Of a stretch of 64,000 bases of DNA, positions 51,806-60,625 are shown piece after piece. Below the pieces are notes generated by a model that searched no databases, was not told where the DNA came from, and saw only the letters and a program-made list of their open reading frames with translations. How positions within the stretch are numbered: the stretch's first letter is position 1; each line of letters begins with the position of its first letter. The stretch covers positions 186,853-250,852 of the forward strand of contig JAIUNU010000007.1 of NCBI GenBank assembly GCA_020161365.1, in the 5' to 3' direction. The translations under genes were made by a program, and so were the position numbers. This stretch comes from Pseudomonadota bacterium. Lineage in GTDB: Bacteria > Pseudomonadota > Alphaproteobacteria > Caulobacterales > Caulobacteraceae.

Positions 51806-52663
51806 TCACCCGATCTTCACCCCGGGCGGCGGTTCGCTGCTCTCGGGCACGAAGAAGTCCGGCATCAGGCTGGCGGTCGGGTCGACCTTGTAGTGATCGA
51901 AGTCGCGCACGCCCTCGCCGTAGAGGAAGGTGTCGTCGATCAGGAAGTTGCCGCTGAAGTCGCGAGAGCGCTTGTTGAAGATCGCATAGGCCGCGTCGGC
52001 CATGATCTCGGGCGTGCGGCAGTGGCGCAGGCCCTCCTCGCCGGTCAGGGCGAACTGGATGGCCGCCGTGGCGATGCCGGTGCGGGGCCACAGGGCGTTG
52101 AACGCGATCCCGTCGGGCTTGAACTCCTCCGCCATGCCCAGCACGCACATCGACATGCCGAACTTGGCCATCGTGTAGGCCACGTGCGAGCCGAACCAGC
52201 GCGGCGACATGTCCAGCGGCGGCGACAGCATCAGGACGTGCGGATTCTCGGCGTTCTTCAGGTGCGGGATGCAGGCCTTGGAGGTGACGAACGTGCCGCG
52301 CGTATTGATCTGGTGCATCAGGTCATAGCGCTTCATGTCGGTCATCAGGGTCGGCGTCAGCGATATGGCCGAGGCGTTGTTGACGCAGATGTCGATGCCG
52401 CCGAACTGGGCCACGGCCTTGGCGACCGCTTCGTGGACGCTGGCCTCTTCACGCACGTCGACGACCAGCGGCAGGGCCTTGCCGCCGGCGTCTTCGATTT
52501 CCTTGGCGGCGGTGTAGATGGTGCCCGGCAGTTTGGGGTGCGCCTCGGCGGTCTTGGCCGCAATCACCACATTGGCCCCGTCGCGAGCGGCGCGGACAGC
52601 GATGGCCAGGCCGATGCCGCGAGAGGCGCCGGTGACGAACAGGGTCTTGTTCTTGAGGCTCAT
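51806..52663 (-). CDS. SDR oxidoreductase (HSDL2-like)
   Basis: TGASRGIG, HPKLPGTI, NNASAI, YTMAKFGMS. Confidence 0.9.
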   Translation of the reverse strand: MSLKNKTLFVTGASRGIGLAIAVRAARDGANVVIAAKTAEAHPKLPGTIYTAAKEIEDAGGKALPLVVDVREEASVHEAVAKAVAQFGGIDICVNNASAISLTPTLMTDMKRYDLMHQINTRGTFVTSKACIPHLKNAENPHVLMLSPPLDMSPRWFGSHVAYTMAKFGMSMCVLGMAEEFKPDGIAFNALWPRTGIATAAIQFALTGEEGLRHCRTPEIMADAAYAIFNKRSRDFSGNFLIDDTFLYGEGVRDFDHYKVDPTASLMPDFFVPESSEPPPGVKIG

Positions 52664-53175
52664 GCGGGGTCTCCACGCGTTTTGAACAGTTGAAGGCCGA
52701 CGGCGGCGAATCCGAGCAGGAAGGTCATCTTGGCCATGTGCGCGACGGGACCGTGATCCTTCAGCGCCAGGCCGGCCAGCCCGACGACCAGGGCCGCGAT
52801 CCAGAGCCCCGCCGCCAGCCTCAGGACACGGACCCGCAGGAGGTCGGCGGCCCAGACCGCCATGCCGATCGACCAGACGGCCGAGGCGATCACGTAAGAC
52901 GCCTCTCCGAACATCTCGGCCGACGAGGTCCGCACCAGCAGCACGCCCAGAATCGACAACACAAAACCTGCGAGCCCCACCGCGCCAGTGTCGCGAGCAG
53001 TCAGAGTCCGCGCGCCCAGCATGCCGATCAGCAGCAGAAGATCGATCAGCGTGTAGACCAGATGCGGCTGAGGCTCGACCAGGCGCGGATAGATCAGGAA
53101 GGGCGCGACGACGTCGATCGCCACGCCCAGCAGCGCTGCGGCGCCCGCTAGGCGCAGCGTCGAGGCGCGCTCCAT
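52660..53175 (-). CDS. Hypothetical membrane protein
   Basis: Five to six hydrophobic segments; coupled by overlaps to both flanking SDR genes. Confidence 0.7.
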   Translation of the reverse strand: MERASTLRLAGAAALLGVAIDVVAPFLIYPRLVEPQPHLVYTLIDLLLLIGMLGARTLTARDTGAVGLAGFVLSILGVLLVRTSSAEMFGEASYVIASAVWSIGMAVWAADLLRVRVLRLAAGLWIAALVVGLAGLALKDHGPVAHMAKMTFLLGFAAVGLQLFKTRGDPA

Positions 53176-54146
53176 CAGGCGCCGGCCCCGACGATGTCCA
53201 CCGACAGGTCCCAGAGCCGATCGGCGGCGTCCGGATCCAGGGCGTGCGGCATGACGCCGGTCCAGGGGTTATCCTTGCTCCAGGGCAGCGCCTGGTTGCA
53301 GTCTTCCAGATAGAGCCCGCCGACGCCCTCCAGCTCGGCGCCCACCGCCGCCCAGACGCTGGTGGCTGCGCCCTGCTCGGTCGTCTTGAAGCCCTCGCGC
53401 GGCTGGTCGTTCTCGTCCAGCCAGCCCAGGGCGCGCTGCTCCTCGATCGGCAGGTGGCGCTGCAGCGGGGTCAGGATGCCGCCCGGCATGACCGCGTTGG
53501 CGTGGACGCCCTGGTCCTTGAAGCGCTTGTCGAAACCCACCGCGAACAAGCTGTTGGCGGTCTTGGCCTGGCCATAGGCCTCCCACTTTTCGTAGGGGCG
53601 GGTGTTGTAGTTGGGGTCGTCGAAATGGATCCCTGACCGGCGGTGGCCGATCGACGACAGCGCCACCAGCCGGGACGGCTTGCCGCTAGCCTTGGCGCCG
53701 GCGATCAGGTTCGGGGCCAACAGCACCGACAGCAGGAAATGGCCCAGGTGATTGGTCCCGAACTGCATCTCGAAGCCGTCGGCGGTGCGCATCAGCGGAC
53801 TGGCCATGACGGCGGCGTTGTTGATCAGGATGTCGATCCGCCGGTCGCCCCAGACGTTGGCGAAGTGGCGGATGGCCTCCAGGCTGGACAGGTCCAGCAT
53901 GCCGAAACTGACCCGCTTGGAGCCGGCCTCTTCATTGATGGCGTTGGCCACCTCTTCGCCGAGCTCGGGCTTTCGGGCGGCGATGATCACCTCCGCGCCG
54001 GCCAGGGCCAGCGCCCGCACGGTCTCCACCCCGATGCCGGTGGCCGCGCCGGTGACGATGGCCACCCGTCCCGAAAGGTCATGACCCGCCACGACCTCGC
54101 GCGCCGTCGACTTGGCCCCGAAGGCCGATGTGATCCGTCCGCTCAT
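53175..54146 (-). CDS. SDR oxidoreductase (retinol-dehydrogenase/WWOX-like)
   Basis: TGAATGIG, INNAAVM, FGTNHLGHF, YGQAK, QGAATS. Confidence 0.9.
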   Translation of the reverse strand: MSGRITSAFGAKSTAREVVAGHDLSGRVAIVTGAATGIGVETVRALALAGAEVIIAARKPELGEEVANAINEEAGSKRVSFGMLDLSSLEAIRHFANVWGDRRIDILINNAAVMASPLMRTADGFEMQFGTNHLGHFLLSVLLAPNLIAGAKASGKPSRLVALSSIGHRRSGIHFDDPNYNTRPYEKWEAYGQAKTANSLFAVGFDKRFKDQGVHANAVMPGGILTPLQRHLPIEEQRALGWLDENDQPREGFKTTEQGAATSVWAAVGAELEGVGGLYLEDCNQALPWSKDNPWTGVMPHALDPDAADRLWDLSVDIVGAGA

Positions 54147-54238
54147 GCCCGTCTCCTCCCGTCTGTTGTTATGTCGGCTACGCTACATCTGGATCGCGCA
54201 ATTCCGCAAAGACATCACGTGGGGTGAGGTCAGAGCGA

Positions 54239-55009
54239 TCAGCCGACCTTGCTGAAGTCGGGCGCGCGGCGCTCGGCGAAGGCCATGAAGGCTTCGCGGG
54301 CTTCGGCGGTCTGCAGGCGCGCGGCGAACTCAGCGCCTTCGGTGTCCATCAGGGCGGCGATCTTCTCAGCGTCGCGCATCAGGCGCTTGGTGACGGTCAA
54401 TGCGCCCAGCGGACGCTTGGCCAGTTGGTCGGCGGCCGCGCGAGCGCGGGCCCGAAGCGCATCGCCCTCCGCCAAGCCGTTGGCCAGGCCCCAGGCCACG
54501 GCCGTGGCGCCGTCCACCGCCTCGCCCAGAGCGAACATGGCGTAGGCGCGGGCGTGGCCGATGCGGGCGGGCAGTAGCCAGCTGGACGCGGCCTCCGGCA
54601 CCAGGGCGAGGTTGACGAACGGGGTGGTCAGGCGCGCGTCGGGGCTGACGAACACCAGGTCGCAGTGAAGCAGCATGGTGGTTCCCACGCCGACGGCCTG
54701 GCCCTGCACGGCCGCGACCAGCGGGCGCGTGGCGTTGGCCAGGGCCTTCAGGAATCGCGTCACGTGCCGCTCGCCGCTGAAGGCGCCGGTGGCCTGGGCG
54801 GTGAAGTCCTGCAGGTCGTTGCCGGCGGTGAAGCTGTCGCCGTCGCCCTGGAAGACCACGACGCGGATGGCCGGGTCCTGTTCGGCCGCCTCCAGGCTGT
54901 CGGCCAGCACGCCGTACATGGCGTTGGACAAGGCGTTCTTCTTCTCGGGGCGCGCCAGGGTGATCGTCATCACGCCAGCGTCGATCTGCACCTTCACATG
55001 CTCGGTCAT
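54239..55009 (-). CDS. Enoyl-CoA hydratase/isomerase (delta3-delta2 isomerase-like)
   Basis: RPEKKNAL, FTAGNDL, AVGVGTTMLLHCD, PEAASS. Confidence 0.9.
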   Translation of the reverse strand: MTEHVKVQIDAGVMTITLARPEKKNALSNAMYGVLADSLEAAEQDPAIRVVVFQGDGDSFTAGNDLQDFTAQATGAFSGERHVTRFLKALANATRPLVAAVQGQAVGVGTTMLLHCDLVFVSPDARLTTPFVNLALVPEAASSWLLPARIGHARAYAMFALGEAVDGATAVAWGLANGLAEGDALRARARAAADQLAKRPLGALTVTKRLMRDAEKIAALMDTEGAEFAARLQTAEAREAFMAFAERRAPDFSKVG

Positions 55010-55449
55010 TGGGGTTCTCCCTTCGGGAACTTGGTCTGCAGACTGGTCAGCCAGCGCGAGACCACGCTGATTTCCTCGTCTGTGAAGCCTTCGGTCAGTT
55101 GGGCGTTGACGCCGCGCAGGCCAGCCTTGGCCGTGTCGCGCGCGGCGCGACCCTTGTCGGTGAGGTGCAGGCGCATAGCCCGTCCGTCCTTCGGGTCGGC
55201 GCGACGCTCGACTAGCTCGGCCCGCGCCATGCGGTCGATCAGGCCGGTCATGGCGGACGGGGCCAGATCGAGGGCGTCAGCCGCCTCGCCGATCAAGGCG
55301 CCGTCCCGTTCGCCAAGAAAGAACAGCACGCCCGACTGGGCGGCGGTCAGGCCGCCTTCAGCCGTCATCTTGCCTTCGATCCAGCGCTGCACGCGCCGAT
55401 GGCCGGCGTTGAGCAGAAAGACCAGTCGACGGTTGGGCGGCGTGGACAT
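55006..55449 (-). CDS. MarR family transcriptional regulator
   Basis: LTAAQSGVL, SAMTGLIDRM, DPKDGRA...LTDKG. Confidence 0.92.
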   Translation of the reverse strand: MSTPPNRRLVFLLNAGHRRVQRWIEGKMTAEGGLTAAQSGVLFFLGERDGALIGEAADALDLAPSAMTGLIDRMARAELVERRADPKDGRAMRLHLTDKGRAARDTAKAGLRGVNAQLTEGFTDEEISVVSRWLTSLQTKFPKGEPQ

Positions 55450-55462
55450 GCGCCAACCGTAT

Positions 55463-55478
55463 ATTTCACATGCGAAAT
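55463..55478. promoter_or_regulatory. Putative MarR operator
   Basis: Near-perfect palindrome ATTTCACATGCGAAAT (14/16) 14 nt upstream of the marR start. Confidence 0.65.
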
Positions 55479-55493
55479 GTCAAACGGTCGTTT

Positions 55494-56591
55494 TTAAGCT
55501 TCGTTAGAATTCGCCGCGTACCAGGCGACGCCGTCGCCATCCACTTCGCGACGCACCCGGCCTCGTCCGATCAGGCAATTGAGGTGCGCCAGGGCCTCGC
55601 CCGTCGCCATGCCCAGCAGGTCGGGTCCGATCGGACGGGCGAACAACGCGCCGAAGGTGTCGACCACGCGTTTGCGCTCGGAAAGCTTCTTCTCAAGCCG
55701 CGCCAGACCCCGCTCGTGACCAGAGATCAGGGCGTCGATGCGGGTGTGCAGCCCCCCGAAGGGATCATTGTGCGCGGGCAGCACGATCACGTCGTCGGGC
55801 ACGGTCGCCTTGACCTTGGCCAGCGAGCGCAGCCAGTCCGACAGTGGATCGGCGTCCGGCTCCGTCGGGAACACCGAGACGTTGGATGAGATGCGCGGCA
55901 GCACCTGGTCGCCGGAGATCAGGAGCTTCAGCTCCGGGCACCACAGGCAGGCGTGATCCGGCGAGTGGCCCTGGCCGGTGACCACGCGCCACGTGCGGCC
56001 ACCGATGTCGAAGTCCTCGCCGTCGGTCAGGCGGCGATAGCTGTCGGGCAGGGCGTAGATCGCCTTGCCGAAGCCGCCGAAGCGGGCCTTGTAGTTCTCG
56101 ATGGCGTCCTCGTCCCAGCCGGCGGCGCGGAAGAACCGCACCCCGTCCTCGGGCGCCTCTCGGCCGGTGTCGGCCACCAGCATCCGGCACTGGAAGTACT
56201 CCAGGCGCGTCATCCAGAGCCGGCAATCGAACTTGCGCGTCATCCATCCGGCCAGGCCGATATGGTCTGGATGCAGGTGGGTGACGATCACGCGGGTGAT
56301 CGGCTTGCCGCCCAGAGCGTCAGCGAACGCGGCGCGCCAGGCCTGGCTGGTCTCACGGGTCTGGATCCCGGTGTCGACCACCGCCCAGCCCTCGCCGTCA
56401 GCGATGGCCCAGACATTGATGAACTGCAGCGAGCCGCCCAGCGGCATCCGCAGCCACAGCACGCCTGGAGCGACCTCGACGGCCTGGCCCGATCCCTGCT
56501 CCGGCGCCGTCTCGAACGGATAGACGAGTCGCCCCGCCTTCTTCGGCTCCGACGCCGCTTCCGTCGCTTCGTCCTCGAACCCGTCGCGCAT
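55494..56591 (-). CDS. MBL-fold metallo-hydrolase
   Basis: THLHPDHIG, GHSPDH, SGDQVLP, PAHN. Start at MRDGFED. Confidence 0.9.
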   Translation of the reverse strand: MRDGFEDEATEAASEPKKAGRLVYPFETAPEQGSGQAVEVAPGVLWLRMPLGGSLQFINVWAIADGEGWAVVDTGIQTRETSQAWRAAFADALGGKPITRVIVTHLHPDHIGLAGWMTRKFDCRLWMTRLEYFQCRMLVADTGREAPEDGVRFFRAAGWDEDAIENYKARFGGFGKAIYALPDSYRRLTDGEDFDIGGRTWRVVTGQGHSPDHACLWCPELKLLISGDQVLPRISSNVSVFPTEPDADPLSDWLRSLAKVKATVPDDVIVLPAHNDPFGGLHTRIDALISGHERGLARLEKKLSERKRVVDTFGALFARPIGPDLLGMATGEALAHLNCLIGRGRVRREVDGDGVAWYAANSNEA

Positions 56592-56691
56592 TTCACTCTC
56601 CCCGCGCGCCAGTCGACCGACGCTTATTCCCGATATTACCCATTTTTTGCCCGTAAGGGCCGTCACGATCACGCCTAGGTCGGACGGTATC

Positions 56692-56722
56692 TTGACCCCT
56701 GATGCAAGCACGCGCTTATGTC
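56692..56722 (+). promoter_or_regulatory. Sigma70-type promoter of the Cys-rich repeat gene
   Basis: TTGACC-16 nt-GCTTATGTC, matching the Caulobacter housekeeping pattern. Confidence 0.5.
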
Positions 56723-56754
56723 CGCGCGAGGAATCCACCCAGGAGATGTTTCCC

Positions 56755-58104
56755 ATGAGGCCTTTCGCGATCGGCCTGACGGCCGCCCTCGCGGTCGCCG
56801 TACTCGTTCCGGCCGCCGTCATTTCGGCGCCGAAGGAACAGAAGGGCAAGCCCGCCATCGACGCCAAGGCGCGTGAAGCGGGCATGAAGGAAGCGCCGGC
56901 GCTGATGCAGGCCAGCGGCGCCAGCTGCACCGTTTCTGACGCTCGCTATATCGGCGAGGACAAGAAGGCGGGCGCCAAGTACTTCGAAGTCGCGTGTAAC
57001 GAAGGCATGGGCTTCGCGCTCATCGCCAAGAAGGACACCGCGCCGCAAGTCTATAGCTGCCTCGAATCGAGCCAGCCGGGTCCGGACGGCAAGGTCGGCG
57101 GTCTGGCCTGTATCCTGCCCGGCAACGCCAATCCCAGCGCTGGCCTCGACGCCTACGTCAAGAAGGGCGGCGCCAACTGCGAGATCGAGAACACCCGCGC
57201 CATCGGCACGGGGGCCAAGAACGCCTATTTCGAAGTCGCCTGTAAGGGCGGCTCCGGCTACGTCGTCCAGACTACCGCCCCGATGAACATCGGCGGTGAC
57301 GTCACCGTCAACAGCTGCCTGCTGTACGAAGAAGGCGGTAATGTGAGCTGCAAGCTGACCAACCGTCAGACCCAGCTGCAGATCGTCGACACGCTGAACA
57401 CGGCCGCTGCGGCCGCCGGCACCAAGTGCGTGGTCAAGGACAAGCGCTACGTCCTCAGCACCAAGACCGACAACTACTTCGAAGTCGCCTGCGACGACGG
57501 CAAGGGCTACGTCTACCAGCAGACCTCGGCCACCGGTGCGTTCAACCGCGCCATCCCGTGCGCCCAGGCCGGCTTCGTCGGCGGCGGCTGCACCATGACC
57601 GACGCGGTCGCGGCTCAGACCGAGCAAGCCGGCTTCTACAGCAAGCTGGCCAACAAGGCCGGTTTCGCCTGCGACGTCGAGAAGTACGGCATGCTGCCGA
57701 CCAACGACCCGAAGAAGGAAGTCGTCGAGCTGAAGTGCAAGGGCAGCGACGTGGGCGGCATCGCCGTGTTCACCGCCACCGACGGCAAGGTTTTTGACTG
57801 CCTGACCGCCGAGATGAACGGCTACCGCTGCTCCTTCACCAAGAAGGACACGCAATATGCTCGTCTGACCAAGGACCTCGTGGGCTTCAACAAGGCCTCG
57901 TGCCAGGTCTCGGACGCGCGCATCATCGGTTCGACCGACACCGAAGGCTTCGTCGAAGTGGCCTGCTCGGACGGCCTGCCGGGCTGGGTCCTGGGCTATC
58001 CGGTCGGCGTCGCCAAGCCGGCGGCCAAGGAGTTCCTCTCCTGCGCCCAGGCCAAGGGCATCGGCGGCGGCTGCAAGCTGCCGACCAACAAGCCGAAGGC
58101 CTGA
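56755..58104 (+). CDS. Secreted protein with five tandem 4-Cys repeats
   Basis: AGGAG RBS, signal peptide, repeating C...(Y/F)(F/V)EVAC..G.G...C...C units, strong codon bias. Confidence 0.85.
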   Translation: MRPFAIGLTAALAVAVLVPAAVISAPKEQKGKPAIDAKAREAGMKEAPALMQASGASCTVSDARYIGEDKKAGAKYFEVACNEGMGFALIAKKDTAPQVYSCLESSQPGPDGKVGGLACILPGNANPSAGLDAYVKKGGANCEIENTRAIGTGAKNAYFEVACKGGSGYVVQTTAPMNIGGDVTVNSCLLYEEGGNVSCKLTNRQTQLQIVDTLNTAAAAAGTKCVVKDKRYVLSTKTDNYFEVACDDGKGYVYQQTSATGAFNRAIPCAQAGFVGGGCTMTDAVAAQTEQAGFYSKLANKAGFACDVEKYGMLPTNDPKKEVVELKCKGSDVGGIAVFTATDGKVFDCLTAEMNGYRCSFTKKDTQYARLTKDLVGFNKASCQVSDARIIGSTDTEGFVEVACSDGLPGWVLGYPVGVAKPAAKEFLSCAQAKGIGGGCKLPTNKPKA

Positions 58105-58126
58105 TCAAGGTCACGGCCTGACAAGG

Positions 58127-58168
58127 AAGAGCCCGCCCGGAGCGATCCGGGCGGGCTTTTTCTTTTTG
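58127..58168. terminator. Terminator between the Cys-rich gene and the ALS-like gene
   Basis: AGCCCGCCCGGA/TCCGGGCGGGCT stem followed by a long T-tract. Confidence 0.85.
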
Positions 58169-58189
58169 GACTGAAAGAGAGGGCTTTTC

Positions 58190-59728
58190 CTACATCGCCG
58201 CTTCGATCAGGCGCGGCCCCGGCGTCGCCATGGCGCGGGCGAAGGCCTCGTCGAAGGCCTCGGCGGTGGAGACGCGCTCGGCGGTCATGCCCATGCCTTC
58301 GGCGAGCTTGACCCAATCGATGCGCGGATCACCGAGATCCAGCAGCTTCGAGGCGGCAGGACCAGGGTTGCCGGCGCCGGTGCGGCCCAGCTCGATGCCG
58401 AGAATGCGATAGGCGTGGTTGGCGAAGACGACGACGGTGACGTCCAACTTCTCGCGCACGACGGTCCAGAGGCCCTGTACGGTGTACATGCCCGCGCCAT
58501 CGCCGGTCAGGGCCAGCACCTTGCGGTCGGAACAGGCCACCGCCGCGCCGATCGCCAGCGGGATGCCCTGACCGATCGCGCCGCCGGTCAGGGACAGCCA
58601 GTCATGGGCGCGGGCCGCCTTGGTCTGGGTGAAGATCGGCAGGCCCGCCGTCACCGCGTCGTCGGAAATGATCGTGTTCGTCGGCATATGCCGGGCGATC
58701 GCCGCGCCGATGGCCCAGGCGTCGAGGCGTCCGGCCGGCGCGTCCGGCGCGGCGTAGGTCTCGACGGAACCCAAGGCCGGAGCGCCCAGCGCGTCAGCCA
58801 GGGCGTTGAGCGCTGCGGCGGCGTCGACCTCGCGGCCACAGAGCGTCTCGACTGCGCAACCCTCCGGAACCAGCACGCTGGGACGATCGGGATAGGCGAA
58901 GAAGGCCACCGGGGTCTGGGTCGCGACCAGCACCATCAAGTCGACGCCATCGAGGTCCTTCAGCGCCAGCTCCCCGAAATAGGGCAGTTTGTCGGGGCGA
59001 AAACGACCTTCGCCGCGCGCTTGGCGAGCGGTGAAGGTGTCGGTCAGCACCCGCACGCCATGGGCGGCAAGCCGCCCGGCCGCCGTCAGGGCCGCCTCGC
59101 CACAGGCGCCGGAGCCCAGCAATAGCACCGGCTTGGCCGCATCGCTCAGCGCCTTGGCCGCTGCGGCGACGGATGTAGCCTCGGGCGCGGTGAAGGCGGG
59201 CGGCGTCACGACCGGCCCCTTGACCGTCGTCTCGTTCCAGGCCGCGTCGGCGGGGAGGACGAGGCAGGCGTTGCCGCCGGGCGCGCCATAGCTGGCGACA
59301 ATGGCCTCTGCGGCCAGAGGCCCGACGCTGTCGGCGGTCTCGGCCGACTTGACCCACAGTGAGTTGGGGGCGGCGAGGGCGGCGATGTCGCTGTTCAGCG
59401 GCGCGTCGAAGTCGCGGTGATAGGTGGCGTGGTCGCCGATGACATTGACCACCGGGGTGAAAGCGCGGCGGGCGTTGTGCAGATTGGCCGCGCCATTGGC
59501 GTAGCCGGGTCCCAGGTGCAGGAGGGTGCAGGCGGGCTTGCCGGCCATGCGGCCATAGCCGTCGGCCGCACCGGTGGCCACGCCCTCGAACAGGCAGAGC
59601 ACGCTGCGCATGCGCGGCTCGCGGTCCAGGGCCGAGACGAACTGCATCTCGCTGGTGCCGGGATTGGCGAAACAGGCGGTCACGCCGTTGTCGGCCAGGG
59701 TGGTGATCAGGGCGTCCGCGCCGTTCAT
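58190..59728 (-). CDS. Acetolactate-synthase-large-subunit-like TPP-dependent enzyme
   Basis: FANPGTSEM, LFEGVATGAADGY, LHLGPG, GDGAGMY...N TPP motif. Confidence 0.88.
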   Translation of the reverse strand: MNGADALITTLADNGVTACFANPGTSEMQFVSALDREPRMRSVLCLFEGVATGAADGYGRMAGKPACTLLHLGPGYANGAANLHNARRAFTPVVNVIGDHATYHRDFDAPLNSDIAALAAPNSLWVKSAETADSVGPLAAEAIVASYGAPGGNACLVLPADAAWNETTVKGPVVTPPAFTAPEATSVAAAAKALSDAAKPVLLLGSGACGEAALTAAGRLAAHGVRVLTDTFTARQARGEGRFRPDKLPYFGELALKDLDGVDLMVLVATQTPVAFFAYPDRPSVLVPEGCAVETLCGREVDAAAALNALADALGAPALGSVETYAAPDAPAGRLDAWAIGAAIARHMPTNTIISDDAVTAGLPIFTQTKAARAHDWLSLTGGAIGQGIPLAIGAAVACSDRKVLALTGDGAGMYTVQGLWTVVREKLDVTVVVFANHAYRILGIELGRTGAGNPGPAASKLLDLGDPRIDWVKLAEGMGMTAERVSTAEAFDEAFARAMATPGPRLIEAAM

Positions 59729-59854
59729 GGTCTTCTCCGTACCTATGCCTCTTCCTTCCGACATTTCGCCGGCCGCGCCAACCCGGGGACGCTTCAAGGC
59801 GATTGCGCTCAGAGGGCGGGGCGGCGCAGTCTGAGCAAAAAGCGGGGGGACAGG

Positions 59855-60535
59855 ATGATGCAAGGCATGAGCGCGGCCGCGCGGTGGACGCTGATCGCTT
59901 CGGTGTTCGCCGGGGTCAGCTATGTGGCCAGCTGGGCCCTGACCCTGCCGCCTGGGGTCGAGACCGTCTGGAAGGGCGCGGGCGTCGCCCTCCTGGCGAT
60001 CCACGCCGCGCTACGGGCCCGGTCGCTGGACGGCTGGCTGCTCGCCGCCGTCATGGCGCTGGGGACCGGCGGCGACGTCCTGCTGGAGACCCACGGCCTC
60101 ACGGTTGGCGCGATCTCGTTCCTGCTGGGACACGTGGTGGCCAGCGGCCTCTATCTTCGCCACCGCAAGCCTGGGTCCCTGGCGCCGCTGGCGCTGATCC
60201 CGATCGTCGTCGCCGTGTCGTTCCTGCTGCCCAGCGACCGCGCCGGCGCGCCGGGGATCGCCCTCTACAGCCTGTTCCTGGCGGTGATGGCCGCCACGGC
60301 CCTGATGAGCCGGTTCCCGTTCAAGACCGTCGGTTCGGGCGCGCTGATGTTCGTGGTCTCGGATGTGTTGATCTTTGGCCGCTTGGGGCCGTTGCCCGAC
60401 AACCTGGCTACGGGGCTGGGCGTCTGGGGTCTCTACTACTTTGGACAGTTGCTGATCTGCGTCGGTGTGGCGGGGGCGTTGGACGCCTCCACCACCGACC
60501 TCCCCGGCGAAGGCCGGGGCCCAGATTCAGCCTGA
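59855..60535 (+). CDS. YhhN family lysoplasmalogenase-like membrane protein
   Basis: GDVLL, FLLGHV, LFVVSD-like MFVVSD, YYFGQ. Confidence 0.85.
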   Translation: MMQGMSAAARWTLIASVFAGVSYVASWALTLPPGVETVWKGAGVALLAIHAALRARSLDGWLLAAVMALGTGGDVLLETHGLTVGAISFLLGHVVASGLYLRHRKPGSLAPLALIPIVVAVSFLLPSDRAGAPGIALYSLFLAVMAATALMSRFPFKTVGSGALMFVVSDVLIFGRLGPLPDNLATGLGVWGLYYFGQLLICVGVAGALDASTTDLPGEGRGPDSA

Positions 60536-60624
60536 GCGTTTGAAGGTAACGCGCCGACGGCCCTGCGCTTCCGGCGGACCTCCGTGGGTTCGATCTGGGC
60601 CCCGGCCTTCGCCGGGGAGGTCGG
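60495..60624. repeat. REP-like element with a perfect 32-bp terminal inverted repeat (CCCCGGCGAAGGCCGGGG type)
   Basis: 60495-60526 is the exact reverse complement of 60593-60624. Confidence 0.85.
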
Positions 60625-60625
60625 A

